From positions 70,842,516 to 70,883,545 of the forward strand of contig NC_068987.1 in NCBI RefSeq assembly GCF_001194135.2: a stretch of DNA of 41,030 bases, given 5' to 3'. Positions 12,402-23,610 of the stretch are shown piece by piece (positions within the stretch are counted from its first letter, which is position 1; each line of letters opens with the position of its first letter). The notes beneath the pieces were generated by a model. It had not been told where the DNA came from. It did not search any database and was given only the letters and a program-made list of their open reading frames with translations. This stretch comes from Octopus bimaculoides (lineage: Eukaryota). The translations under genes were made by a program, and so were the position numbers.

Positions 12402-12443
12402 CATACATACATACATACATACATACATACATACATACATACA
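12353..12443. repeat. (CATA)n tetranucleotide microsatellite
   Basis: Direct read. Confidence 0.95.
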
Positions 12444-12457
12444 TGCATGCATATATA

Positions 12458-12667
12458 CGAGGGAGTAGTCAAAATTTGTTAGCTTTCAGGGTATCGCAAA
12501 AAACCTGGTTGGCATCCCAAACATCGGAGTTCTTTTACAGGACTTAGAAAAACAGAAGTAAGTGTTTGAATCAGAGAGGGGAATATGTTGAATAAAATCA
12601 TAATTGACTGATTCTCCTGTAATGTCTTTTACCCTGAACCAAGAATTTTTCAACACGTCCCAACTCG
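12458..12667 (+). mobile_element. Mariner-derived MITE (older copy)
   Basis: TA|cgagggagtagtcaaaa ... tttttcaacacgtcccaactcg|TA; the interior encodes the mariner C-terminus KCLNQRGEYVE*; homologous to 22245-22463. Confidence 0.8.
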
Positions 12668-12975
12668 TATATAAATGCATTCACATATATATCTTTCGTA
12701 TACATGAAGCAGAAAACATCTCTCGAAATTACCTAATAACCTTGAATACACACCCAAAGAAGTTGCACGATTCGACCTGCAGAAAAAAACACCAATAGGA
12801 GATAATAGATGCAGACACTTTGTGGAGTTAACAACGAATATATCACCTGCATCACAAGCATTTGTCCGAAAATGTCATCGCATAATTGTCTACCTTTGAG
12901 ATATAACGTTGCAGCCAAAGATATAAGAACCTGGTGTATGGTAGAGGCCATTCCCACTCATAATATGAGCGAGTA

Positions 12976-13115
12976 CTTAGCACGCCGGGAGAAATGCTTA
13001 GCGGTATTTTGTTTGCCGTTATGTTCTGAGTCTAAATTCGTCCGAGGCCTTTCGGCGTCGATTGATTAAGTACTAGTTACGCACTGAGAGGCCTACTTAC
13101 TAAAGAAATGTCCCT
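12976..13115 (+). mobile_element. Degenerate S2 SINE
   Basis: ttagcacgccgggagaaatgcttagcggtattt...ttctgagtctaaattc...taagtactagttacgcactg is collinear with 25040-25170. Confidence 0.75.
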
Positions 13116-13629
13116 CCCCCACGCCTAGTCTTAACACCTTTGTCTCTATCTACGCAATGTATCGTTATTTCTCCCTCTCAGTTACATTTCACTTTTCGCT
13201 CTTCTTTCCCTCTTAACTATTCCTATTTTCCTTTCTTTCCCTCTATCATTCCCTCCTTCTCCTTCAGAATACAAGTCTCAATATTCTCACGGGATTTCAT
13301 GATTTGCTTCTCATACAGTATTAATTGTTTCCTTTTCTCTCTTGGTACACTCAGATACAATATTTTCCAATGACTTTTGTTCAAATAACTATTTTTGATG
13401 CAATGTATCCTTTTCCCAAAGTTGGTACTATATAATTTTGGTCTTTGACATTCGACGAAAATTTTAATATTACAGATTCCAATGTTTTAGTCGTAGACAC
13501 TTAAATATATGTAATTTTCGTATCCTTTAGGTTGCGTGTTTTGTCTCCACGATATTTCATATGGTTGATTTTTTCCTTTCGTTTTACTAGTTCGGGTGAA
13601 ACGTGGATATCATCCACACCTAAGTTTTA

Positions 13630-13827
13630 TACTTACATATATGTGTATACACACACACACACACACACACACATACACACAATATTTTATATTTATATGT
13701 ATATATATATTTATATATGTATATATGTGTGTGTGTATGTATATACGTATGTATTTATATATTTGTGTTGGTCTCGGTCTGTTTGTGTCAGTGTTTCTCC
13801 ACCCACCATCGCTTGGCAACCGATGCT
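13630..13827 (+). mobile_element. Central remnant of S1 SINE (microsatellite plus following unique block)
   Basis: (CA)/(TA)/(TG) tract followed by tgtttgtgtc...ccaccatcgcttggcaaccgatgct, matching S1 catcgcttgacaaccgatg. Confidence 0.5.
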
Positions 13828-13851
13828 CTCCAATTTTTTCTCTGTCACTCT

Positions 13852-13893
<42 letters not shown>

Positions 13894-14179
13894 TCTCTCC
13901 CCCTCTCTCTCCCTCTCTCTGTCTTTATATTTCTAATCCTTTTCCGCCAGATTTGGTGCTCCGACTTCATGTATTTCTTGTTTGCTTGACTTCATCTTAT
14001 TGCATTTACTCCCACATTCTTTCTGCTTTGTCTGTCCTGTCTGTCTGCTCTTTTCAGTCATTATCTCTCTTTCTTTCTTTTTACTTTCTTTCTCTCTCTC
14101 GCTCTCTTTCTGCCTTTATATATATATATATATATATATGTACATATATGATATATATACACACATACATACATACATA

Positions 14180-14363
14180 NNNNNNNNNNNNNNNNNNNNN
14201 NNNNNNNNNNNNNNNNNNNNNNNNNNNNNNNNNNNNNNNNNNNNNNNNNNNNNNNNNNNNNNNNNNNNNNNNNNNNNNNNNNNNNNNNNNNNNNNNNNNN
14301 NNNNNNNNNNNNNNNNNNNNNNNNNNNNNNNNNNNNNNNNNNNNNNNNNNNNNNNNNNNNNNN
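14180..14363. other. Assembly gap (184 N) in (CATA)n/(TA)n
   Basis: N-run. Confidence 0.99.
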
Positions 14364-15404
14364 TATATACATACGTACAATATTTCTATGATTTGCGGTC
14401 TGCTACATCACGCACCTATATATTTACGTATATACACACATAAATTAGATATTTGTGTTTGTGTGTGTTTGTGTGTGTGTGTGTGTGCGTGTTTGTGTTT
14501 GTGTGTGTGCGTGTATGTGTGTGCGCGCGCGCGCGTAAATATATATATGTGTGTGATGTAGCAGACCGCAGATCATGCAAAATATTGTATACTCGGACGA
14601 TATATCACAGAAATCCAACTCTTTGAAATATAGAAGTTGTAGATATAATGAATTTTATCACCAAAACTTTTTCGACATAATCATAAAATATTATTTTCTT
14701 TTACATAGATTCATATATTTGTCCATCATTACATTGCTATTCTTATTATTTCTTCGTGCTTAGATGTATCGATTTTAATCAAGAAATATGTAACCTATTT
14801 GTTGTAAACTGAAGTAATAACGAAAAGTAAAAATAGTCGTACTTTAAATAACATGTAAGCTATAATGTTCAGAAGGATGCGTTTTTTTGTTTTTTTTTTT
14901 AAATATTACTGTTAGTTTTACCAATTTTAATCATCACTTTATATTCTTGATTTTATTGTTTAATCTATATTCACTTCTTGTTATTTGCTTCTTTGTTTAT
15001 TTGAATTTCAAAGCTAAAATTAGCATCAGCATTTATTCGGAACTTGTGTTGAAGAATAATTAAATATCAGAAAGTCGAGAATGATGAAACAAATAAACAA
15101 GGAAGCCAAAAAAATAAATAAATAAATAAACATATAAAAAAACGATACTCTAGAGCAAAAACAGGGAATGCATATATTGTTTTTTGTTTCGATTTTTGTT
15201 TTGTTTACATATTCCGTTTAAATGAAATTTCCTTCTTTTTTTTTATTTCATTCAGCACAATTATTTTGCATTATGATATTAATTTTTAAAGTTTAATAAA
15301 TGTAAAAAATGCAATAAAGCGTCAAGTCAACAACAGAAAAATGTCTAGCTCGTATTTGGTCCAAACGCACTAATTACAACTATAAAGTAAGTTATCTATT
15401 ATCA

Positions 15405-16077
<673 letters not shown>

Positions 16078-16099
16078 ATTATTATTATTATTATTATTG

Positions 16100-16575
16100 T
16101 TCAGTAGTTTTATTTTTATAACGTGCTTTCACTTCACTACCGAGCGCAGCTCTGTGCGCCTTGGGTATGTGCTGTGGTTTGCTGTGGTGCTCTTATGTTT
16201 ACTGTATTGAAAGTGTTTTGCGTAGAATGTGTGCTGTACCCAGTAGTGCAATTTTCTGTATGTTATATATATTTGTAAGTCCTGGTATTTTTGTTATGTA
16301 TTTGTCTGCATATTTTTTATTATACCTAAGGCACCTACTATGATAGGAATTGTTTCTGTTTTTAGATTCCACATTCGAGTTATCTCTATTTCCAGGTCTT
16401 TGTATTTTGAAAGTTTTTCCATTTCTTTTAGAGAAACGTTGTCATCTGCTGGTATTGATACATCAATTAGAAAGCATTTTTTTCTTCATGATCTTTGACA
16501 ACTATATCTGGTCTATTTGCCTTAATTTCTTTATCTGTGTGTATTATTAATTTCTCTATCTGTGTGTATTATTAT
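16100..16575 (-). mobile_element. R4/Dong-like non-LTR retrotransposon, subfamily A, 5'-truncated (RLE domain plus 3' UTR)
   Basis: Minus strand [20 protein letters not shown](K)[83 protein letters not shown] (stop 16199-16201; two 1-nt homopolymer frameshifts). Shows the PD..D..KxxKY RLE motif and ends in (TAA)n. Confidence 0.93.
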
Positions 16576-16627
16576 TATTATTAATATTATTATTATGATT
16601 ATTATTATTATTATCATCATTATTATC

Positions 16628-17503
16628 ACTAGTCCTTAGCGCTTGTTTTTGAACTGCGCATATGAGTGCATCTGTCTCTATCCTCCTCATCCATAGCCAC
16701 CAGTCTTCTGTATCTGTCTTGATGTTTGCATCGTTTGAAAACTCACCGTACATTTTCTCCTTTCATGCTGTTTCTGTTTTTGTGTTCTTTTCCTTTTTAA
16801 CTTTTCTTTACATAATTTTCAGTTTTAATGAAGACAGCCTTCTTCACATGTTTCAATAATGGTTCTATGGCATTTTTATATACCACACTAGGACGCTTTC
16901 CTCCGCTTAGATGCAATCCAGGCAACTGGTCAAACCTCTTCCACACTTTCTTCTGGACAAGTACTGCGTATTGGTGTCATTCTTAGGGTGAAAGGCTCCG
17001 TGCATCGTTAACATTTTTTTTTGTCTTCGTATCCAGTTTCGTCAGTTCTTTCTTTCGCCATTTTATAATTTCAGCTCCATATCAAAGTGATGTTATCGCC
17101 CATGTATTAACTGCTTGAATTTTATGCCATCCGGTCAATTATGAGCGCAACAGTCACCTTAGTCTTCGGAAATATTCCATCTTCATTTTCTCTTTCAATT
17201 CCTTCTCCATTATTTCGTTGAACTCTATTATTCCAAGGTATTTGCAGCCTTCCGTTTCAATTTGTTTAATCTGCTCTCTACTCGGTAATTCTGTCCCTGC
17301 TAGGGACTGTGACTTGCCTCTTATTATGTAGATTATTCCAAACTTCTTGAGCCCGAATTCCATTCTAATATGAGCAGTAAAACAGTGGATCGTGTACACC
17401 AAGGAACTCACTCATGAGGAGGAGGTAGTTGATTATTTGAGATTCACCCTTTAGCTGATATCCCAGATTCATTTTCCTAAGTATCAAGTTCAAAGGGATC
17501 AAG
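16628..17503 (-). mobile_element. R4/Dong-like fragment, subfamily B (RT C-terminal half and thumb, catalytic DD deleted)
   Basis: Minus strand IPLNLILRKMNLGYQLKGESQIINYLLLM|SSLVYTIHCFTAHIRMEFGLKKFGII...CKYLGIIE...EYFRRLR...HGAFHPKNDT...GRGL...MYGEFS...WWLWMRRIETDALICAVQKQALRT. Confidence 0.88.
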
Positions 17504-17530
17504 TAGATTATTATCATTATTATTATTATT

Positions 17531-18038
17531 CAAGACGACACACAGTATCCAATATCATGATATTGTTGATTGAAGACATTGTGTTTACCGGGTGTCTGTA
17601 CTGTCTGTCAAGTAACAAGGACCTCAGACAGACAATACTTTACGCAATATACGTTCTGTTCCCAAGTAATGTCGATTTTTGCGGTACACCTAGATTGTAA
17701 GGTATTTATAAAGTTTCCAGATGTTTCTTCAGAATGAATGGTATTGAACCCAATATTCCGATGACAATAGGGACAGTATTTATGTTTCACTCTCGTATCT
17801 GACACATCTTAGCGATCTCAACTCTCAGGTCTCCATATTTATCAATCTTTTCTCTTTCTTTCATGATAACATGCTATGTCGATTATTAGGTACTCTTGTT
17901 TGTCCCTCTTAAAGGTTATTATGTCCAGCCTTCGGTGCTCTAACACCTTGTCTGTCTGGAAGTGAAAGTCCCAGAGGACTTTTGCTTTCCCCTTTTCGTC
18001 CATTACCTTTTCTGGTGTATGTTGGTACCAAGCACTCG
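17531..18038 (-). mobile_element. R4/Dong-like fragment, subfamily C (RLE domain plus its own 3' UTR)
   Basis: Minus strand WYQHTPEKVMDEKGKAKVLWDFHFQTDKVLEHRRLDII...IIDIA..KEREKIDKYGDLRVEIAKM...VPIVIGILGSIP...LLGTERILRKVLSV* (several stops and shifts); 3' UTR differs from subfamily A; ends in (TAA)n. Confidence 0.88.
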
Positions 18039-19174
18039 TTCCTTCTTACCCAGAACTGGGCAGCCAGAGATGATATGATTTATTGTTTCTTGTACATCTC
18101 CACATATTCTACAGTTACTTGTTATGTTTCTTTTCATTATATGTTTTTGGTAATTTCTGGTGGGGAGGCTTTGGTCTTGTGCAGCAATTAAAAATCCTTC
18201 CGTCTCTGCTTTGAGTCCTGAGCTTTTCAATCATTGCTGGGATTTTTCTCTGTCTATTTCTTTTGCATATAGTTTAGCGCATTATTTGCCATGAAGGGGC
18301 TTTTCTTGCCGTCGTTTTATCATGGTCCGTCTCTGTTCTAGTTTTAGTTTGGATTTCATTTATTTTATAGCTTTTGTTGTTTCTTCTTCTTCTTCTTCTT
18401 CTTCTTCTTCTTCTTCTTCTTCTTCTTCTTCTTCTTCTTCTTCTTCTTCTTCTTCTTCTTCTTCTTCTTCTTCTTCTTCTTCTTCTTCTTTATATTTATT
18501 AGGTAGTATGATTTCTTGTTTGTATTTGTCAGCTTCCTAAAATACTGAAAACAGTTTTTTGTTTTGCTCATGTTTTGTGGCCATTTGTATTAGTTTTCCT
18601 TGCTTCTGAAGTAGCTATTTTTGCAGCCCCATGGTGCTTATTTTGTAATAGTTTCCAGCTGTATAAGGCCTCTACCACCTTCTATACGTTGTATATTTAG
18701 ACTTTCTATGCCAGATTTTGGGTGGTGCATCCTAGATCCTGTCATTACTTTTCTTGTTTTCCTCTCTATTTTCGTTAGTTCATTTAGCGTCCAGTTAAGG
18801 ATATTGTAGCTGTAATTTATAACTTGGACGGCTACAGTGTTAATACCTATTATCATGTTTATAGCATTGAGCTCTGTTTTTAGTATTGATCTAACTCGTC
18901 TATTCTTTTCTTTCTTTATTTTCTCTTTCATTTGTGTGTGTTGTATCCTATCAACTACATAGATTCCTAAAGATTTGTATGTCTGGCTTAGGTCTGAGTC
19001 TCTTATTTCATCGACTTCATCTAGTATGATATTGCTACCCTTAACTAGTTTTCCTGTTTTCAGGGTTGATTTGGCACATTTTCTAATCCAAATTTCATAT
19101 CTATTTCTTTGGTAATCCTTGTACTGCATGTAGTAGTGTTTCCAGTTGTTTATCATTTGTAGCGTATAGTTTTA
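18039..19174 (-). mobile_element. R4/Dong-like fragment: RT C-terminus, thumb, poly-Glu linker and CCHC knuckle
   Basis: Minus strand KLYATNDKQ...KCAKSTLKTGKL...TYKSLGI...MHHPKSGIESLNIQRIEGGRGLIQLE...YK(E)36TTKAIK...EKPLHGK...SSGLKAETEGFLIAAQDQSLPTRNY...CRICGDVQETINHIISGCPVL (C-x2-C-x7-H-x4-C). Covers ORFs 18638..19156 and 18003..18230. Confidence 0.93.
18381..18490. repeat. Pure (TTC)n / (GAA)36 microsatellite inside the retrotransposon ORF
   Basis: Uninterrupted; in frame as Glu codons on the minus strand. Confidence 0.95.
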
Positions 19175-19203
19175 TTATTATTATTTTATGCTTGACTTTT
19201 GCT

Positions 19204-19253
<50 letters not shown>

Positions 19254-19802
19254 GACTGCGAAAGTCGTGCATGTTATCGAAGTGACACTGGGGTAAAATA
19301 TACGAAGCCCACTATATCCATCATGACTACCCGTTTAAGGTTACACCAGGCACGGGTATAACAACCACATATGTGTGCCATGGAGATCTTTTATCAAGAT
19401 AAACGGCACATGACCTTGCAGGTGTGGCCCAGTTAGAATTTTCTTCAAGTCGTGTAGTCTATCCCGCACAAAATGTCTCCGAATAATTTTTGCTTAAGGA
19501 TGTTGAACGAAACACCCATGTGTCCAAAGGTGAAATATCCAAACCCCAAAAAATTCCTTTCAACACATGGCTATGATGCTCCCCCACTACTTCTGCTCGT
19601 GATCAGAGACGTACATATCGTTAGCCATTAAAGAACATGCTCAACTGGTTAAGGTGAAACAACTGACAATCAAATCTGTGGTTTTGAGCAGAATATTTGA
19701 TGTCGCCCATCTCTTATACCAACACAAAACAATATACATGATAACACTTCCAGTCAGTTAAGATCAGAAGCTATGAGATGCTCTGCCTGCTACTGCATCA
19801 AG

Positions 19803-19803
<1 letters not shown>
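19254..19803 (-). mobile_element. Unclassified ~550-bp non-coding element U with (TAA)n tail
   Basis: Flanked on both sides by (TTA)n; homologous copies at 39267-39702 and 1047-1208; no recognisable ORF or Pol III boxes. Confidence 0.8.
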
Positions 19804-19864
<61 letters not shown>

Positions 19865-19888
19865 CTATTATTTTTTTTTTATTATCAT

Positions 19889-20069
19889 TAGTCAAGACGA
19901 AGAGTGCGATTTTAGATGCTTTATTTTTTTAACAATATTTCGACAGAACGTCTGTCTTTCTCAAGTTCAAACCAAAAGGTGATTGAAAATTCAAAATTTC
20001 AGAAAGACGTTCTGTCGAAATATTGTTAAAAAAATAAAACATCTAAAATCGCATTCTTCGTCTTGACTA
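19889..20069. repeat. 181-bp near-perfect inverted repeat (MITE-like or Penelope-end fold-back)
   Basis: Arms 19889-19953 and 20005-20069 match at 63/65 nt; 51-nt spacer; TA at both outer ends. Confidence 0.9.
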
Positions 20070-20464
20070 TTTATGTTCGTGAAGAGTTACGTCAATCCTT
20101 TTTTAAAATATTATTATCATTATTATTATTATTATTGTTGTTGTTATTATTATAATCATCATCATCATCATTATTATCATTTATTTATTTATTATTATCA
20201 TTATTTCCACATATGTTATAACTCGGACATTAAATTCCAATTCGGTATGAAATTTCTGCGTAACTGAAATCTGCGCACTTGCTGCAATATAGGTCATTTG
20301 CTTCGACAAATATAGTAATCAATTGATTGAGTCTCATGAAATCATTAATCAAACACTAAAACAAATCATTTTGGATATGCCATCTATACACACAGACACA
20401 CACACATTTAGACACGTTTTATATAATGTGTGTGTGTTGTATATATGCATGCTTTATACACACA

Positions 20465-20507
<43 letters not shown>

Positions 20508-21869
20508 TATACATATATAAATACAAACATAAATATATATATATACATGCATATATACATACACACATAAAATCGAATCCTTTTCCTAAAAGAAAGAATG
20601 TGATTGATTAGAATAAAATATCACTTTAATATGTTTGTATGATAAGAGAACGCATGCAAACAGTTCTAATGTGTATAATTATTTATTGAACAAATAGCAC
20701 CAAGAGTTTTTTTTTTTTTGCAGAAATATAATATTGATATCAGTTAACGAATAAATTTCTGATGCTAGACGCTGTTGATATTGAACTTGTATGTATGTGA
20801 ATGTTCATAGGCATTTGTTTTTCATATTCCTCAGCCTTTTTGATATGGTAGTGCAACAAAGGTAACGAGTACCCTATTAGATATCTCTAATACAAGCATC
20901 CAGCTTTTCATCTGACGACGCATGATCCAGGAGAACAACTTTCCCAAAGAACAAATCTCTAACTGTTCCATGTGTATAAGAAGCAACATTTAGACATTTT
21001 TTAACGAATCTAGTTGAAGTTTTTTTTTCTATTTAGTTGGGTGGTTTTTGTGCTATTTCGTTTTCGCTTAGATTAAAATAAATTTTGAGAGAAAAATATT
21101 TTAAATGAGAGATCACTAAAGACGTAATAGAATAAATAAAAATAAACGCAACATCACGAAAAATGTGACGGGAAGCTGTGCTGTTCTCGATTCTGCTTTT
21201 TCCTTTATTCGATGTTATTTTTATTGCTGATACATGATGTTTTATATTGAATTGTATTTTATGAAAACCGGCTATGGATTTAGCTTTGGTTTGATCAGTG
21301 TTAGAAGTTCCCAGTGAATGATGTGGCAGGAATTACCAAGAAGAGAGGCGTGTGTGCGTTCGTCTGTGGAGCTCTGTGTAATGCTTAACAATTCTTGCAA
21401 ATATCTGGGGATGGGGTAAAGAAATTACGAACACATTTCTCTTTCATGCTCTCACTTTTCTTCACTCCTTGTTCTTCTCTCATCTTTACCCGCTCATTCG
21501 TCTTATCTCCTCCCTTGCTCTCCCCTCACTATAGTTCTCATCAATATCTCCCAATCACTGTCATACTTGAAATGGTGAGAGAGTCTTAAATGGAAAAGTG
21601 ATGTGACGTAAGTAGAAACACGCTGATAGAGGCGGATTAACAGATAGAGTAAGAGTTAAAGAGATGACAATCGAGAAAGCAAAGCAGAACTGAAAAGTAA
21701 GAGAGGGTGAAGGATATGAAGTAAGAGAAAATGAGATGAAATCTTACTTAGAGACTCTAAACAGCGAGAACGAAAATATATTACTGAAAATAACTATTCT
21801 GTTTGTCAACGTAATAATTACATGTACTTGGCAGAGTAAGAATATGATGCAGATGTAAAATAGTATGCG

Positions 21870-21870
<1 letters not shown>

Positions 21871-21968
<98 letters not shown>

Positions 21969-22040
21969 TGTGTCTGTCTGTCTGTCTGTCTGTCTATCTG
22001 TCTGTCTGCCTGTCTGTCTGTCTGTCGGTCTATCTGTCTG
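21871..22040. repeat. (TG)n (about 48 units) followed by (TCTG)n
   Basis: Direct read. Confidence 0.95.
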
Positions 22041-22244
22041 TGTATGCAAGTGAAGAATGTAAATGATTGATTCTTTCAGAAATTCGTTGCAAATTAAGTC
22101 CCGGTTTGATTTTGTCATGTAACCTCGGTCGCGTCAACCCATACGATGTAAGTAATCAAGACACTCGTGTTACACATTTTCGCATCGATTCCGCTTCATA
22201 ATTACACTTAGAGTACAAATCTCTATCGAATATTCAAGTACATA

Positions 22245-22463
22245 CGAAGAGGTGCTGAAAAATTCCTGGCTTTAAGGGTATTGCGAAAAGGCCTGGCTAG
22301 AGACCCAACCTTCCGAGTTCTTTTACGGGGTTTACAGAAACTGATGGACCTCTGCAATAAGTGCGTGAACCGGAGAGAGGAGTAAGTTGAATTAAATTTA
22401 TAATCAACTGATCCTCCTGTATCTTATTTTACCCAAAGCCAGGAACTTTTCAGCACGCTTTCA
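22245..22463 (+). mobile_element. Mariner-derived MITE, 29-bp TIRs, TA TSD
   Basis: TA|cgaagaggtgctgaaaaattcctggcttt ... aaagccaggaacttttcagcacgctttca|TA (24/29 match); the interior encodes RGLQKLMDLCNKCVNRREE*VE, resembling the mariner transposase C-terminus. Confidence 0.88.
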
Positions 22464-22843
22464 TACATGAATAGATATTTCGACGGCCTGAAACCAATGG
22501 ACATCCATTTATACCCGTGTATTTGTGAGTGTGTGTGTCCGTGTGTATAATTGCGTGTGTGTGTGTGTGTGATTGTGTCTGTGTGTGCGTGCGTGCGTGC
22601 GTGCGTGCGTGCAGTTGGCCTCGCAATTGGGGACACGCATTCTTAAATTCAAATATAATTTTAGAGTGAGCGAAATGAAAGACAAAAATAAAAATGGTTT
22701 TGCCAGAATATGTATTCATATTACACACTCTGGACATAGATACTCATTTACATTCACATATACGCTCTTGCATACATGCGCACAAACACACATGTATGTA
22801 CACATAGACACACATATACATTCGTATGTATATTTGTTTGAAC

Positions 22844-22995
22844 CTGATGATTCACATCCATCGTTACTCTAAGTTTTTCGCGAACCCAGTCTTGCGAAAA
22901 ATCCAGTAGTGACGGAATGACGCATGAGATAAGAGCGAATAAACACGTGACTATACGCATATACTGAATACTACCAAAAGACATAGGCACACAGC
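22844..22995 (-). CDS. Candidate host exon (152 nt), hydrophobic or signal-like peptide, product unknown
   Basis: gtcgttcAG|GCTGTG...CATCAG|GTtcaa; only one open frame: CVPMSFGSIQYMRIVTCLFALISCVIPSLLDFSQDWVREKLRVTMDVNHQ. No homolog recognised; may be non-coding. Confidence 0.25.
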
Positions 22996-23059
22996 CTGAA
23001 CGACACACATACATACACACATATACACAAGTATACGTATGTCAGATGGTGTGGTGTAT

Positions 23060-23610
23060 GTGTGAGTTTAAAGAGAGAGATATATGTGACTAAACAGGAA
23101 AGAAGTAAATGACACAGAGAGAGCGAGAGAGAGGGAGAGGGAGAGAGGGGGGGAGAATGGATAGGAAGGGGAGGCAGACTGAAACAGAATATGTTATTCA
23201 GTACCGCGTAGAGGAAATAACAAAGAAAACGATGAAAATTGAATAAATGTTGAGAAATTTAGAAGAAAAGAGTGTGAAGGAAAGAGAAAGATTGTGAAAG
23301 ATAATGGAGTTGGAGATAAAGGGTTAGAAAGAGAAAGAGAAAGAGAGAGAAAAGGAGGGAGACGGAGATATATAGACCAGCAGAAAGACAGGCATACTGA
23401 GAGAGGAGAGTGGAGACAGAGAGGGCCATAGTGAAAGAAAACTGTGTGTCAAAGAAAGAGAGAGAGGGGAGAAGTGTGCTTCCATATGTGCGTGTGTGCG
23501 CGTGCGTGTATGCATGTGTGTGTATGTGTGTGTAGAAGCGAAAATGACAGGGAGAGGGAAAGAGAGAGAGTGTGAAAGAGAGGGGGTGAGAGAGAGATGA
23601 GACAAGAAAA
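23060..23610. repeat. Purine-rich (GA)n low-complexity tract
   Basis: Direct read; strongly purine-biased plus strand. Confidence 0.85.

Noticed and set aside
12733-13069. Overlapping 64-86-aa ORFs in unique-looking sequence
   Set aside because: No motif recognised; one runs into an S2 SINE; lengths are within chance expectation.
16100-19174. One intact 3-kb retrotransposon ORF
   Set aside because: Domain order on the sense strand repeats (RT-CCHC-RLE, then RT again, then RLE), with TAA spacers, stops and frameshifts; these are several truncated copies.
22080-22146. Plus-strand candidate exon (ctttcAG ... gatGTAAGT)
   Set aside because: Good splice signals but isolated, no compatible partner exons found and no homology.
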